From Acidimicrobiia bacterium (lineage in GTDB: Bacteria > Actinomycetota > Acidimicrobiia > Spongiisociales > ZC4RG35): a stretch of DNA of 64,000 bases. The position numbers and the translations under genes are program-made. The notes under the pieces were generated by a model that saw nothing but the letters and a program-made list of their open reading frames with translations, ran no database searches and was not told the DNA's origin. The stretch covers positions 258,302 to 322,301 of the forward strand of contig OZ242375.1 of NCBI GenBank assembly GCA_965209025.1, given 5' to 3'. This document shows positions 10,566-20,809 of this stretch, one piece after another; the stretch's first letter is position 1; each line of letters starts with the position of its first letter.

Positions 10566-11584
10566 GAGAGGAACGAGTGGTCGCCCAGCAGCCGGTGAGG
10601 GCGGAGGCCGAGTTGGAAGCCTCCTTGCGCCCCCGGTCTCTGGGGGAGTTCATCGGCCAACCCCTCCTGCAGGAGAGGCTCCGGATCTCCATCGAGGCGG
10701 CGGCGAAGATGGGCATTCCCATGGGGCACGTGCTCTTCTCCGGTCCGCCCGGACTGGGAAAGACCTCCATGGCGGGGGTGATCGCCCAGGAGTTGGGGGC
10801 GAACATGCGAAGAAGCTCGGGCCCCGCCCTGGATCGGCCGGGAGACCTGGCTTCGATCCTGTCGGGCTTGGAGAGAGGCGACATCTTCTTCGTGGACGAG
10901 CTTCACCGTCTGTCCCGGATAGTGGAAGAGGTCCTGTATCCGGCGATGGAGGACTTTGCCCTGGACATCGTGGTCGGGAGAGGGGCGGGCGCCACTACCT
11001 ACCGGCTCAATCTCCAGCCGTTCACCCTGGTGGGCGCCACGACCCGGCTGGGGATGATCTCCTCCCCCCTGAGGGATCGTTTCCAGATCATCGAGCGCTT
11101 CGATTACTACACGCCCGAGGAACTCCGGCAAATAGTCGTCCGCTCCGCAGGGATTCTGGGAGTGAAGATCACCGGCGCCGGCGCGGAGATAATCGCGGCG
11201 CGGAGCAGGGGCACCGCCCGGGTGGCCAACCGGCTCCTTGCCCGGGTGCGCGACTACGCGATCGCCCGGTCGGACGGGTCCGTGACCGGCGAGGTGGCCC
11301 GCCGGGCCCTGGAGATGCTGGAGGTGGACGATCTGGGACTGGACAAGGTGGATCGCTCGATCCTGGAGTCGGTGGTCCACAAGTTCGGTGGCGGGCCGGT
11401 CGGCCTGGGGACCCTGGCCATCGCGGTCGGCGAGGAACCGGAGACGGTGGAGGAGGCCTACGAGCCATTCCTGCTGCAGGCAGGACTTCTGCAGAGGACC
11501 CCGAGGGGGAGGGTCGCCACCGAGGGGACTTACCTCCACCTCGGACTGACCCCTCCGGCCGATCCCCAACTCCGTTTGGTCTGA
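10562..11584 (+). CDS. ruvB: Holliday junction helicase RuvB
   Basis: LRPRSL..FIGQ, Walker A GPPGLGKTS, FVDELHRL, and the winged-helix C-terminus. Confidence 0.93.
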   Translation: MREERVVAQQPVRAEAELEASLRPRSLGEFIGQPLLQERLRISIEAAAKMGIPMGHVLFSGPPGLGKTSMAGVIAQELGANMRRSSGPALDRPGDLASILSGLERGDIFFVDELHRLSRIVEEVLYPAMEDFALDIVVGRGAGATTYRLNLQPFTLVGATTRLGMISSPLRDRFQIIERFDYYTPEELRQIVVRSAGILGVKITGAGAEIIAARSRGTARVANRLLARVRDYAIARSDGSVTGEVARRALEMLEVDDLGLDKVDRSILESVVHKFGGGPVGLGTLAIAVGEEPETVEEAYEPFLLQAGLLQRTPRGRVATEGTYLHLGLTPPADPQLRLV

Positions 11585-11596
11585 CTCCGGCCGGAG

Positions 11597-12625
11597 ATGC
11601 TCACCGTCGAGCTGGATTATCCCCTTCCACCGGAAGCGGTGGCGCAGACCCCGGTCGAGCCGCGCCACGCCTCGCGGCTGCTGGACACCCGGACCCTCAC
11701 GCACCGGACCTTCCTGGAACTGGCCGACCTCCTGGAGGCGGGAGACCTGTTGGTGGTCAACCGGACCAGGGTGCGGGCTGCCCGTCTTCACGGCGTGAAG
11801 GTGGGGACGGGGGGCAAGGTAGAGGCGTTGGTGCTGCGCCGACTCTCCGCGGAGCGGTGGGAGGCGCTCCTGCGTCCGTCCCGGAGGCTTCGCCCGGGGG
11901 TCCTGTTGCAGTTCGGCCCGCTTCGGGCCGAGGTGGTCTCCGGCCCGGTTAACGGAGTGGCGGTGCTGGAGTTGTCCGGCCCCGGCGAGGTGGAGGAACT
12001 CGTGGAAGAGGAAGGGGAGGTGCCGCTTCCCCCTTACATCAGCCGGTCCCTCGAGGACCCCGAGCGTTACCAGACTGTCTTCGCCTCCCGGCTCGGATCA
12101 TCCGCGGCGCCCACCGCCGGGCTGCACTTCACGGACCGGGTCCTGGAGGCCCTGGCCCGAAAGGGGGTGGAGCGAACCGAGATCGACCTGGAGGTGGGGT
12201 GGGCCACCTTCCGCCCGATCGGCGCCGCGCGGATCGAGGACCATCCCATGGGCGTGGAGCGGTTCCGGCTCCCTGCCGAGGCGGCGGCGGCGGTGGAACG
12301 CTGCCGGGCCAGGGGCGGCCGGGTGGTGGCGGTGGGCACCACCGTGGTCAGGACCCTGGAGACGCGCGCAACCTCGGGCGGGCTGGTCACGGCCGGCGAG
12401 GGGCAGACCCGACTGTACGTGACGCCGGGCTACCGATTCCGGGTGGTGGATCTCATGGTCACCAACTTCCACGCACCCAGGTCGAGTTTGCTGGCCCTGG
12501 TGTGGGCGTTCATGGGCGAGGAATGGAGGGAGGCGTACCGGACCGCCTTGGAGCACGGGTACCGCTTTCTCTCCTTCGGGGACGCCATGCTGGCCGAGCG
12601 CCACCCCGGGATGGGCCGGGAATGA
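11597..12625 (+). CDS. queA: S-adenosylmethionine:tRNA ribosyltransferase-isomerase
   Basis: TAGLHFT and VTNFHAPRSSLLALV motifs are typical of QueA. Confidence 0.9.
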   Translation: MLTVELDYPLPPEAVAQTPVEPRHASRLLDTRTLTHRTFLELADLLEAGDLLVVNRTRVRAARLHGVKVGTGGKVEALVLRRLSAERWEALLRPSRRLRPGVLLQFGPLRAEVVSGPVNGVAVLELSGPGEVEELVEEEGEVPLPPYISRSLEDPERYQTVFASRLGSSAAPTAGLHFTDRVLEALARKGVERTEIDLEVGWATFRPIGAARIEDHPMGVERFRLPAEAAAAVERCRARGGRVVAVGTTVVRTLETRATSGGLVTAGEGQTRLYVTPGYRFRVVDLMVTNFHAPRSSLLALVWAFMGEEWREAYRTALEHGYRFLSFGDAMLAERHPGMGRE

Positions 12626-13746
12626 CCCCGGTCTCCTGGACGCCGGAGGCGACCGACGGCCCTGCCCGGGCGGGGACGCTTCACACCCCGCACGGGGACG
12701 TCCCCACACCGGTGTTCATGCCGGTCGGCACCCGCGCCTCCGTCAAGGGCCTGGACGCCGCCGACCTGGAGGGGATAGGGACCACCATGGTGCTGGCCAA
12801 CACCTATCACCTGATGCTGAGACCGGGGTCGGATCTGATCCACCGGATGGGGGGTCTGCACGGTTTCATGTCCTGGCGCCGTCCGGTCCTCACCGATTCG
12901 GGTGGGTACCAGGTCTTCTCCCTCGGTCCTCGGATCACCGAGGAAGGAGCGGTCTTTCGCTCCGTCTACGACGGGTCGGAAGTGAGCCTCACCCCCGAGC
13001 AGGCCGTGCGCCACCAGGAGAGGCTGGGAGCGGACGTCGCCATGGTGCTCGACATCTGCCTGGGCCTTCCCTCCCCGCGGTCCGAACTAGAGGAGGCGAT
13101 GGAGCGCACACTCCGCTGGTCGGAGCGGTCCCTGGCCGCCCATCGCCGTCCCGACCAGGCCCTGTTCGGGATCGTGCAGGGCGGCGTGTCGCCCGACCTC
13201 CGCCGGGCCAGCGCCGCGGCCACCGCCGCCCTGGGCTTTCCGGGTTTCGGCATCGGAGGCCTGTCGGTGGGCGAGCCGGCGTCGGAGCGCAACCTGGCGT
13301 TGGAGGCCACCATGACAGAACTTCCCACCGAGCGTCCTCGTTACCTGATGGGCGTCGGGGACCCGCAGGGGATGCTCGACGCCATCGCCAGGGGCGTGGA
13401 CATGTTCGACTGTGTCTGGCCCACCCGCCTTGCCCGGCACGGGAAGGTCCTGGGACGAAGGGGCGACTACAACCTGCGCTCAGCACCCTTCGCCACCGAC
13501 GAGCGGCCTCTCGACCCCGACTGTGAATGCTCGGTCTGTGGTCGTTACACCCGTTCCTATCTGCGACATCTGCTCCGGGTGCGGGAGATGTCTTCTCAGC
13601 GTCTGATCTCCATTCACAACCTCGCCTATGTGACAGGGTTGATGAGCGCCGCCCGCCAGGCGATAGTTGTGGAAGATTTCTCCGGGTTCTGTCGCCGGTT
13701 CGCAGAACTGAGAGTTTCCCGCGACGCACCCGGCCCGCTAATCTGA
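12622..13746 (+). CDS. tgt: Queuine tRNA-ribosyltransferase
   Basis: ATG at 12622 overlaps the queA stop (ATGA). PVFMPVGT, DSGGYQ, zinc site CECSVCGRY...H. The ORF-track frame from 12199 is an upstream extension inside queA. Confidence 0.9.
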   Translation: MTPVSWTPEATDGPARAGTLHTPHGDVPTPVFMPVGTRASVKGLDAADLEGIGTTMVLANTYHLMLRPGSDLIHRMGGLHGFMSWRRPVLTDSGGYQVFSLGPRITEEGAVFRSVYDGSEVSLTPEQAVRHQERLGADVAMVLDICLGLPSPRSELEEAMERTLRWSERSLAAHRRPDQALFGIVQGGVSPDLRRASAAATAALGFPGFGIGGLSVGEPASERNLALEATMTELPTERPRYLMGVGDPQGMLDAIARGVDMFDCVWPTRLARHGKVLGRRGDYNLRSAPFATDERPLDPDCECSVCGRYTRSYLRHLLRVREMSSQRLISIHNLAYVTGLMSAARQAIVVEDFSGFCRRFAELRVSRDAPGPLI

Positions 13747-13773
13747 TAGCTTTCAGGCGCACTTAAACAGGAG

Positions 13774-14070
13774 TTGTCGGTAATGATTTTCGCTCAAGAG
13801 TCGGCAGGAAGCCCGATTTTCACCTGGCTGGTCCTCGGCGGGTTTCTTTTGTTCTTTTACTTTCTGCTCATCAGGCCCCAGCGCAAGCGGGCCCGCCAGC
13901 AGCAGGAACTGGTGTCGAACCTGGAGTTGGGCGACCAGGTGCAGACCATCGGGGGAATCATGGGACAGGTCCGCAGCGTGGAGGAGGACTCAGTTGTGAT
14001 CGAACTTGAGTACGGGTCGATACGCATCGCCAAGAGGGCCATAGCTTCCAAACAGGCCGTGGAAGGCTGA
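13774..14070 (+). CDS. yajC: Preprotein translocase subunit YajC
   Basis: Single TM segment followed by LELGDQVQTIGGIMGQV, the YajC signature. Start may be ATG 13783. Confidence 0.8.
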   Translation: MSVMIFAQESAGSPIFTWLVLGGFLLFFYFLLIRPQRKRARQQQELVSNLELGDQVQTIGGIMGQVRSVEEDSVVIELEYGSIRIAKRAIASKQAVEG

Positions 14071-14073
14071 TCC

Positions 14074-15603
14074 GTGCTTCGGCGGGTCATCGGCCTGCTG
14101 ATTGTCGCAGGGATCGCCTGGGGAGGCCTGGCTGCCGTCTACCTGCTGGGCATCGAGCCCAAGCTGGGACTGGACCTGCAGGGCGGTACCTCGGTGGTGC
14201 TGACCGCACCCGACGACACGGACCCCGATGTGATGGAGTATGCGGTGGAGATCATGCGCAGCCGCATTGAGGACGTGGGCGGGGTCCAGGAGCCGGAGAT
14301 CTCCATCTCGGGCGGCACCACGGTGCTGGTACAGCTACCCGGGGTCCAGAACGAGCAGCAGGCGCTCGACGCCATCGGCCGGACCGGCCGGCTGTCGTTC
14401 CGCCCGGTGCTGGAGTCCACTCCGGGCCTTGACGGTCCCCTGGTCACCACCACCACTGTGACCACCACCACCATTGCACCGTCGGAGGGTGATGAAGCCG
14501 CCGCGGAAGAGTCGGCTACGACCACCACCGCCCCCGTCACCACCACCACTCTGCCGGACGTCCCGGAGGGAGTGGACCCGGTCACCGGCCTAACGGTCTC
14601 CGATGACCCCGACACCATTGCCTACCTGCCCAACTTCACCCTGTTCGGGATGGAGGTCCTGACCGTCGGCCCCGCCGCCATGACCGGATCGGACGTCTCG
14701 CAGGCCCTTCCCGGTTTCAACAGCGTCTCGGCCCAATGGGTGGTGAATCTCTCTCTCACCTCGGAGGGGGGTGACCTGTTCGCCGCACTCACCGGTGAGG
14801 CCGCCGGCTACCGGATCGGCGACCCCCGCCGCCAGATCGCCATCGTGCTGGACGGACAGATCATCGCCTCTCCCCAGGTCGCCGAGGACGTGGCCGCCGG
14901 GGTGGGCATCACGGGAGGGGACGCGATCATCACCCTGGGCGCCGATCCCGCCGCGGAGGACCAGGCTCAGAACCTGGCGGTGATCCTCCGCTACGGTTCA
15001 CTGCCGGTTGCCTTCGAGAGGAGCCAGGTGGAGAAGGTCTCGGCCACCCTGGGATCGGATTCGCTGCAGATCGGCCTCATCTCGGGAATTGCGGGGTTGG
15101 TCCTGGTGGCGGTGGTGCTGTTGCTCTACTACCGTGCGCTGGGCTTGGTGGCGGTGCTGGGGATCGCGGTCTTCGGATCCCTCCTGATCGCTATCTACGC
15201 CCTGTTGGGCCATTACCAGGGGGTCACCCTCACATTGGCCGGGGTGACCGGAATCATCGTGGCGGTTGGCATCACCGCCGACTCCTACATCGTTTACTTC
15301 GAGCGGATCAAGGACGAACTCCGGGCGGGAAGGACCGTTCCCTCCGCCGCCTCCCAGGGTTTTCGCACCGCGTTTCGCACCATCCTGACCGCCGACACCG
15401 TCTCCATCCTGGGCGCCACGCTCCTGTGGTTGTTGACGGTCGGAGCGGTCAGGGGGTTCGCCCTGTCGTTGGGGATCGCCACCGTCCTGGACATCTTCGT
15501 GGCCCGGACCTTCACCCGCCGGGCCGCCTGGGTGCTGGCGCACAGTCCATTGGGTAGGAAGGGTTGGTTCTCCATGCCCGCCGCCGCGGGAGAGAGCCGA
15601 TGA
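14074..15603 (+). CDS. secD: Protein-export membrane protein SecD (with a Thr-rich periplasmic insertion)
   Basis: SecD periplasmic domain and C-terminal 6-TM bundle. Contains an inserted TTTTVTTTTIAPSEG...TTTTAPVTTTTLP low-complexity stretch. Confidence 0.9.
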   Translation: MLRRVIGLLIVAGIAWGGLAAVYLLGIEPKLGLDLQGGTSVVLTAPDDTDPDVMEYAVEIMRSRIEDVGGVQEPEISISGGTTVLVQLPGVQNEQQALDAIGRTGRLSFRPVLESTPGLDGPLVTTTTVTTTTIAPSEGDEAAAEESATTTTAPVTTTTLPDVPEGVDPVTGLTVSDDPDTIAYLPNFTLFGMEVLTVGPAAMTGSDVSQALPGFNSVSAQWVVNLSLTSEGGDLFAALTGEAAGYRIGDPRRQIAIVLDGQIIASPQVAEDVAAGVGITGGDAIITLGADPAAEDQAQNLAVILRYGSLPVAFERSQVEKVSATLGSDSLQIGLISGIAGLVLVAVVLLLYYRALGLVAVLGIAVFGSLLIAIYALLGHYQGVTLTLAGVTGIIVAVGITADSYIVYFERIKDELRAGRTVPSAASQGFRTAFRTILTADTVSILGATLLWLLTVGAVRGFALSLGIATVLDIFVARTFTRRAAWVLAHSPLGRKGWFSMPAAAGESR

Positions 15604-16670
15604 GCCTCTGGCGAGACATCTCCCGGGGCGAGACCCGCATCGACTTCGTGGGCTTGCGACGCCGGTGGTTCTACATCTCGGCCGTCCTGCTGCTGGTGTC
15701 GGTGGCGACGGTGACGGCGCTGGGTCTCAATCTCGGCTTGGAGTTCACCGGGGGTGTCCAGGTCCAGACCGAGAACCGGAGCGGAGTGACGGTTGGGGAG
15801 TTGGAGAGCGCCATGACGGGCTTGGGGGTCGTCGACTTCCGCATCCAGGAGATAGACGAGGGACAGTCGATTCGCATCCACACCGGGCCGATCTCCTCCG
15901 CGCTGGAGGACGAGATGGTCGCTTCCCTGGCGGTGCTGGTGGGCGCCCCGCCCGAGGACGTCAACCGCCAGGCCGTGGGTCCCACCTTCGGGGCCCTGGT
16001 GGCCCGGAGGGCGCTGTGGGCGCTGGGAGTGTTCCTGGGGGCGGTGGTGATATTCATCTCGATCCGCCTCCAATGGAAGATGGCCCTCTCGGGGATCGTC
16101 GCCCTCCTCCACGACCTGGTGCTGACCATCGGGATATACGCGATCACCCGCTTCGAGGTGACACCCGCCACGGTGGTGGCGGCGCTCACCGTGTTGGGCT
16201 ACTCCCTCTACGACACGGTGGTGGTCTTCGATCGGGTGAGAGAACTCGAGGGTGACTTCTCGGACATTCTCACCTATTCGGAGATTGTCAACCGGTCGAT
16301 GAACATGGTGCTGGCCCGCTCCATCAACACCTCTCTCACCTCGCTGATCCCGGTGGGCAGCATCCTGTTCGTGGGGTCGTTGATACTGGGCGCCGCGCCT
16401 CTGAGGGACTTCTCCCTGGCGCTGTTCGTGGGGATCGCGGCGGGTACCTACTCGTCCATATTCGTCGCCTCCCCCCTGCTGGCCCTGTGGAGGGAGAGGG
16501 AGGTCGCCTGGACTGATCAGCGACGCAGGGTGGCAAAGAAGCGGGGCGGGTCCGACCGGGACTTGCCGGAGGAACCAACCGAGCCCTCCGAGCCGCCCAC
16601 CACCTCCGAATTGTTCTCCATGGAGGGAGGAGCCTCACCTCGCCCGCCCCGCCGAAGGCGTCGCAGATAG
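15600..16670 (+). CDS. secF: Protein-export membrane protein SecF
   Basis: ATG 15600 overlaps the secD stop (ATGA). SecF TM bundle. Basic Pro-rich C-terminal tail. Confidence 0.9.
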   Translation: MSLWRDISRGETRIDFVGLRRRWFYISAVLLLVSVATVTALGLNLGLEFTGGVQVQTENRSGVTVGELESAMTGLGVVDFRIQEIDEGQSIRIHTGPISSALEDEMVASLAVLVGAPPEDVNRQAVGPTFGALVARRALWALGVFLGAVVIFISIRLQWKMALSGIVALLHDLVLTIGIYAITRFEVTPATVVAALTVLGYSLYDTVVVFDRVRELEGDFSDILTYSEIVNRSMNMVLARSINTSLTSLIPVGSILFVGSLILGAAPLRDFSLALFVGIAAGTYSSIFVASPLLALWREREVAWTDQRRRVAKKRGGSDRDLPEEPTEPSEPPTTSELFSMEGGASPRPPRRRRRR

Positions 16671-16700
16671 GTCCTCGCCGGACGGCGGTCGGCTAGACTG

Positions 16701-18923
16701 TTGAGGGTGGCCGAGACCTCGGCGCAGCGCACCGCCTCCAGTCGAATCCCCGGGTCGGACGACCCGCTGGCGAGAGTGATATCGCGCTTTGTGCACCATC
16801 ATCCCCGAGGCGACGTGGAGTTGTTGCGCCGGGCGTACGACGTTGCCGAGAAAGCCCATCGCGGCCAGTTCCGCAAGTCGGGCGACCCCTTCATCGTTCA
16901 CCCCCTCACGGTCACCCGGATCCTGGCCGACCTGGGGATGGACACGGCCACCCTGGCGGCCGGTCTGCTGCACGACACCCTCGAGGACACCGACCTCAGC
17001 TACAAGGTCGTGAAGAAGGCGTTCGGCGCCGAGATAGCCGACCTGATAGACGGGGTCACCAAGCTGGACCGGATCACCTATCCGAACCGGGAGGAAGCGC
17101 AGGCGGCGACCATTCGCAAGATGGTGGTTGCCATGGCTCGCGATGTGCGGGTCCTGGTCATCAAGCTCTGCGACCGTCTTCACAACATGCGGACGGTGAG
17201 CGCTCTCCGCCCGTCCAAGCAGAAGGCGGTGGCGACCGAGACCCTGGATGTGTACGCCCCGCTGGCCCACCGGCTGGGCATCCAGGAGATAAAGCACGAA
17301 CTGGAGGACCGCTGCCTGGCCATCCTCCACCCTGGCCCCTACGCCGAGATCGACGCCAAGTTGCTGAACCTGGCCCCCGAGCGGGGAGTGGTGATAGACA
17401 AAATGGTCGAAGAAGTCTCCGGCGTCCTGTCGGACGCGGGAATCCCCACCGAGGTGAGCGGGAGGCCGAAGCACCACTATTCCATCTACCGGAAGATGAT
17501 GGAGACCGGCAAGCAGTTCGATGAGATCTACGACCTGATCGGGATCAGGGTGGTGGTCCCCCGGATAAGGGACTGCTACGCCACCTTGGGCGAGATTCAC
17601 TCCCACTGGCAGCCGTTGAGCGGGCGGTTCAAGGACTTCATCGCCATGCCCAAGATCAATCTCTACCAGAGCCTTCACACCACGGTGGTGGGGACCGACG
17701 GCAAGGCCATTGAGATCCAGATCCGCACCACGGAGATGCACCAGCTGGCCGAGCGAGGCATCGCCGCCCACTGGCGCTACAAGGAGGGGTCCGGCGCGGT
17801 GGACCTGGAGTGGGTGGGCGACCTGGGGGGACTCCGGGAAGAGTTCGAAGACCCCCGCGAGTTCCTGGATCATCTCAAGTTGGACCTCTACCGAGACGAG
17901 GTGTTCGTGATCACTCCCCGCGGCGAGGTGAAGTCCTTCCCGGCGGGCGCCACCCCGGTGGACTTTGCCTATGCCATCCACACCGAGGTGGGGGACCGGT
18001 GCGTGGGAGCGCGGATCAACGGCCGGCTGCTGCCTCTCTCCACGCCGCTCGCCTCGGGCGACATCGTGGAGATCATCACCTCCCGTTCCCAGGGCGGCGG
18101 GCCCAGCCGGGACTGGTTGAAGACCGTTCAGACCTCCCGGGCGCGGTCCAAGATAAAGCAGTGGTTTTCCAAGGAGCGCCGGTCGATTTCCATCGCCGAG
18201 GGCCGGGAGGTGCTCCTGGCCGAGCTTCGCAAGGCCAAGCTGGGACTGACCGCGGCCGGGCGGGACCGATTGCTGGCCTCCATCGCCGTGGACCTCGGCA
18301 AGTCCGAGGTCGACCATCTCTTCCTGGCGGTGGGACAGGGTGAGATGTCCGCCTCCACCGTGATCCAGCGGCTGGAGAGGGCGGTGAGGCCCACCCTTCC
18401 GGAGGAAAAGGAGAAGGTGAGTCTGCTGACGCCCCCCGTCCGCCGTCGCCGGACCGATACCGAGGGTCCGGGGGTGCTGGTGGAGGGGATGGGGGACACC
18501 ATGGTGAACCTCGCCCGGTGCTGCGCTCCGGTTCCCTCCGACAACATCATCGGGTACGTGACGACCGGCCGAGGGGTCTCGGTGCACCGGACCGAGTGCA
18601 CCAACTTGAAGGTCCGCACCCCGGGAATGGAACGGATGGTGGAGGTGGCCTGGTCTCGGGAACTGATCAGTTCCTTCACCGTCTGGGTGCAGGTGGAGGC
18701 GCTGGACCGCTACCGGTTGCTGCGGGACGTCACCGCGGTGATCTCCGAGATGGGAGGCAACATCGTGGCGGCCACCTCGGCGGTGGGCGACGACCGGGTG
18801 GCTGTCCTGCAGTACGAGGTGGAACTCTCCGACGCCGAACTGTTGCGCCGCCTCTTCTCCGACCTGAGAGGGGTTGACGGGGTGTTCAAGGCTTTCCGGA
18901 TCACCTCCGACGCGCCGTCCTGA
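16701..18923 (+). CDS. rel: Bifunctional (p)ppGpp synthetase/hydrolase Rel
   Basis: HD domain (HDTLEDT), synthetase domain (RVVVPRIRDCYATLGEIH), TGS and ACT domains. TTG start. Confidence 0.92.
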   Translation: MRVAETSAQRTASSRIPGSDDPLARVISRFVHHHPRGDVELLRRAYDVAEKAHRGQFRKSGDPFIVHPLTVTRILADLGMDTATLAAGLLHDTLEDTDLSYKVVKKAFGAEIADLIDGVTKLDRITYPNREEAQAATIRKMVVAMARDVRVLVIKLCDRLHNMRTVSALRPSKQKAVATETLDVYAPLAHRLGIQEIKHELEDRCLAILHPGPYAEIDAKLLNLAPERGVVIDKMVEEVSGVLSDAGIPTEVSGRPKHHYSIYRKMMETGKQFDEIYDLIGIRVVVPRIRDCYATLGEIHSHWQPLSGRFKDFIAMPKINLYQSLHTTVVGTDGKAIEIQIRTTEMHQLAERGIAAHWRYKEGSGAVDLEWVGDLGGLREEFEDPREFLDHLKLDLYRDEVFVITPRGEVKSFPAGATPVDFAYAIHTEVGDRCVGARINGRLLPLSTPLASGDIVEIITSRSQGGGPSRDWLKTVQTSRARSKIKQWFSKERRSISIAEGREVLLAELRKAKLGLTAAGRDRLLASIAVDLGKSEVDHLFLAVGQGEMSASTVIQRLERAVRPTLPEEKEKVSLLTPPVRRRRTDTEGPGVLVEGMGDTMVNLARCCAPVPSDNIIGYVTTGRGVSVHRTECTNLKVRTPGMERMVEVAWSRELISSFTVWVQVEALDRYRLLRDVTAVISEMGGNIVAATSAVGDDRVAVLQYEVELSDAELLRRLFSDLRGVDGVFKAFRITSDAPS

Positions 18924-18934
18924 CCAGTCCTTAG

Positions 18935-19582
18935 ATGCTGATTGACAGTGTCCCTCTGTGGTACACGCAGACCAACTGCTACGTGGTGGCCCCGGAGGCA
19001 GGCGGCCCGTGCGTGGTGATCGACGCACCTCCGGATCCCCGGGGAGTGGCCGAACTGTGTGCCAGGCGCGATCTGGCGCCGGTGGCGTTGGTGGTCACCC
19101 ACGGCCACGTCGACCACATCGGCGGGGCCGGGGCGGTTGAGGAACAACTGGGAGTGGTCACCTACGTGCATCCCGACGACGACTTCCTGTCGCTCAATCC
19201 CCTCCGTCAGGTCATCGCCCTCATGGGAGAGGTACTGCCCGGTGAGTACCGGCCCCCGGCCTCCCGGCGCCCGTTGGCCGACGGCGACGTCCTGGCCCTG
19301 GCCGGGCTGGAGATGGCAGTGCTGCACACCCCCGGGCACACTCCGGGGCATTGTTGTTTCCACCTCTCAGAGGAGGGGGTCCTCTTCTCGGGGGACCAAC
19401 TCTTCCGGGATTCGATCGGACGCACCGACCTGCCGGGCGGCGACTTCGAGACCCTGATGGAGAGCATGCGCCGCAAGATCCTGGGTCTGCCCCCCGACAC
19501 CGCCGTGTATCCGGGACACGGGGAGACCACTACCCTCGGTCGGGAACGTCTTCACAACCCCTTTCTGACTTCCCTTCTCTAG
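18935..19582 (+). CDS. MBL-fold metallo-hydrolase (glyoxalase II-like)
   Basis: THGHVDHIGG and HTPGHTPGH metal-binding motifs. It sits in the rel-hisS interval where mycobacteria carry a glyoxalase II-like gene. Confidence 0.8.
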   Translation: MLIDSVPLWYTQTNCYVVAPEAGGPCVVIDAPPDPRGVAELCARRDLAPVALVVTHGHVDHIGGAGAVEEQLGVVTYVHPDDDFLSLNPLRQVIALMGEVLPGEYRPPASRRPLADGDVLALAGLEMAVLHTPGHTPGHCCFHLSEEGVLFSGDQLFRDSIGRTDLPGGDFETLMESMRRKILGLPPDTAVYPGHGETTTLGRERLHNPFLTSLL

Positions 19583-19585
19583 ACG

Positions 19586-20809
19586 ATGATTATCCGCTCC
19601 CCCAAGGGAACCGACGTGATCGGTCCGCCTCGCTCCGCCCGCTGGAGAGAGGTGCTGACCCTATGGGAGAACCTCTCCGGCTCCTACGGGTACGAGTTGG
19701 TAATCACTCCGGTCTTCGAGTTCACCGAACTGTTCGAGAGGGGAGTCGGCGAGACCAATGAGATGGTCACCAAGCAGATGTACACCTTCCCAGACCGTCG
19801 GGGACGCTCCCTCAGCCTTCGTCCGGAGGGCACCGCCGGGGTGATGAGGGCGTACCTCGCCCAGGGAGGGACGGGACGCTGGAAGGTCGCCTATTCGGGA
19901 CCGATGTTCCGCTACGAACAGCCCCAGGGCGGGCGGCGCCGCCAGTTCTGGCAGATCGGGGTGGAGTGTGTGGGGTCGGCCTCGGCCGCGGCGGATGTGG
20001 AGGTGATCGCCCTGGCCGAAGAGTTCCTGTCGGCGGTGGGAGTGGAGAACGAACTGCTGATCAACAGCCTTGGCGATGCGGAGTGTCGGGGGGCCCATCT
20101 GGAGGACCTGAAGGCGGCGATGGTCCGGTCGATGGCCGACTTGTGCTCCAGCCACCGCGACGTTGTGGAGTTGAACCCTCTCCGGATTCTGGACTGTAAG
20201 CTGTGCCGACCCGATCCCGAGGCCCTGCCGGACATCGCCGATTACTGGTGCGGGCATTGCAGGGACCACTTCGGGGAGGTCAGACAGGGCCTCGACGACC
20301 TGGGAATCGCATACCGGAGGTCGTCCCGGCTGGTGCGGGGGCTCGACTACTACTCCAGGACGACGTTCGAGTATGTCGCCACCACCCTGGAGACTTCCCA
20401 GTCCACCGTGCTGGGGGGAGGCCGGTACGACGGCCTGGCCGAGACCCTGGGCGGCCGTCCGGTGCCCGGGGTGGGGTTTGCCGGGGGGATCGACCGGATG
20501 CTCCTGGCGGCGCCGGGAGAGGACGCCGGCCTGGATGTCTTCCTGGTTGGCGAAGGAGGGATCACGGCCCTCGACCTGATGGAGTGGGCTGCGCCGCTTC
20601 GCAGGGCGGGACTCCGGGTGGGGTTCGAGTTGGACGCCCGGAGCGTCAAGGCGCAATTCCGGGCCGCCACCCGTTCGCGGGCCAGGTATGTCGGAGTCGT
20701 GAGCGGTGTGGGATTGGAGATGCGCGAGGGACGGGATCGCGAGACTCTGGGCCTGGAAGACCTGGAGAAGTGGGGAATGAAGGCGTTCGACGCGGAGACA
20801 AGAGCGTGA
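19586..20809 (+). CDS. hisS: Histidyl-tRNA synthetase
   Basis: Class II motifs: RPEGTAGVMRAY, FRYEQPQGGRRRQFWQ, GGGRYDGL. Confidence 0.9.
   Translation: MIIRSPKGTDVIGPPRSARWREVLTLWENLSGSYGYELVITPVFEFTELFERGVGETNEMVTKQMYTFPDRRGRSLSLRPEGTAGVMRAYLAQGGTGRWKVAYSGPMFRYEQPQGGRRRQFWQIGVECVGSASAAADVEVIALAEEFLSAVGVENELLINSLGDAECRGAHLEDLKAAMVRSMADLCSSHRDVVELNPLRILDCKLCRPDPEALPDIADYWCGHCRDHFGEVRQGLDDLGIAYRRSSRLVRGLDYYSRTTFEYVATTLETSQSTVLGGGRYDGLAETLGGRPVPGVGFAGGIDRMLLAAPGEDAGLDVFLVGEGGITALDLMEWAAPLRRAGLRVGFELDARSVKAQFRAATRSRARYVGVVSGVGLEMREGRDRETLGLEDLEKWGMKAFDAETRA

Noticed and set aside
12199-13746. ORF-track entries with long 5' extensions: tgt from 12199, aspS from 20203, rarA from 22317, the PIM acyltransferase from 4716, deoC from 49368, sodN from 44939, the liv SBP from 53702 and the alpha/beta hydrolase from 62697.
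   Set aside because: The extensions overlap the preceding conserved gene in another frame. Conserved N-termini and ATGA/GTGA translational coupling place the real starts internally (12622, 20806, 22563, 5217, 50361, 45769, 53807, 63279).
16635-19028. 797-aa ORF antisense to rel. Similar long antisense or out-of-frame ORFs occur at 514-1731, 2291-3331, 6123-7013, 10475-11791, 12989-13762, 19661-20656, 20871-22100, 39785-41443, 49261-50307, 53816-56314 and 57624-59189.
   Set aside because: High-GC DNA has few stop codons in non-coding frames. In every case the opposite or alternate frame encodes a protein with clear conserved motifs. The shadow ORFs translate to Arg/Pro/Gly-rich low-complexity sequence with no domain signatures.
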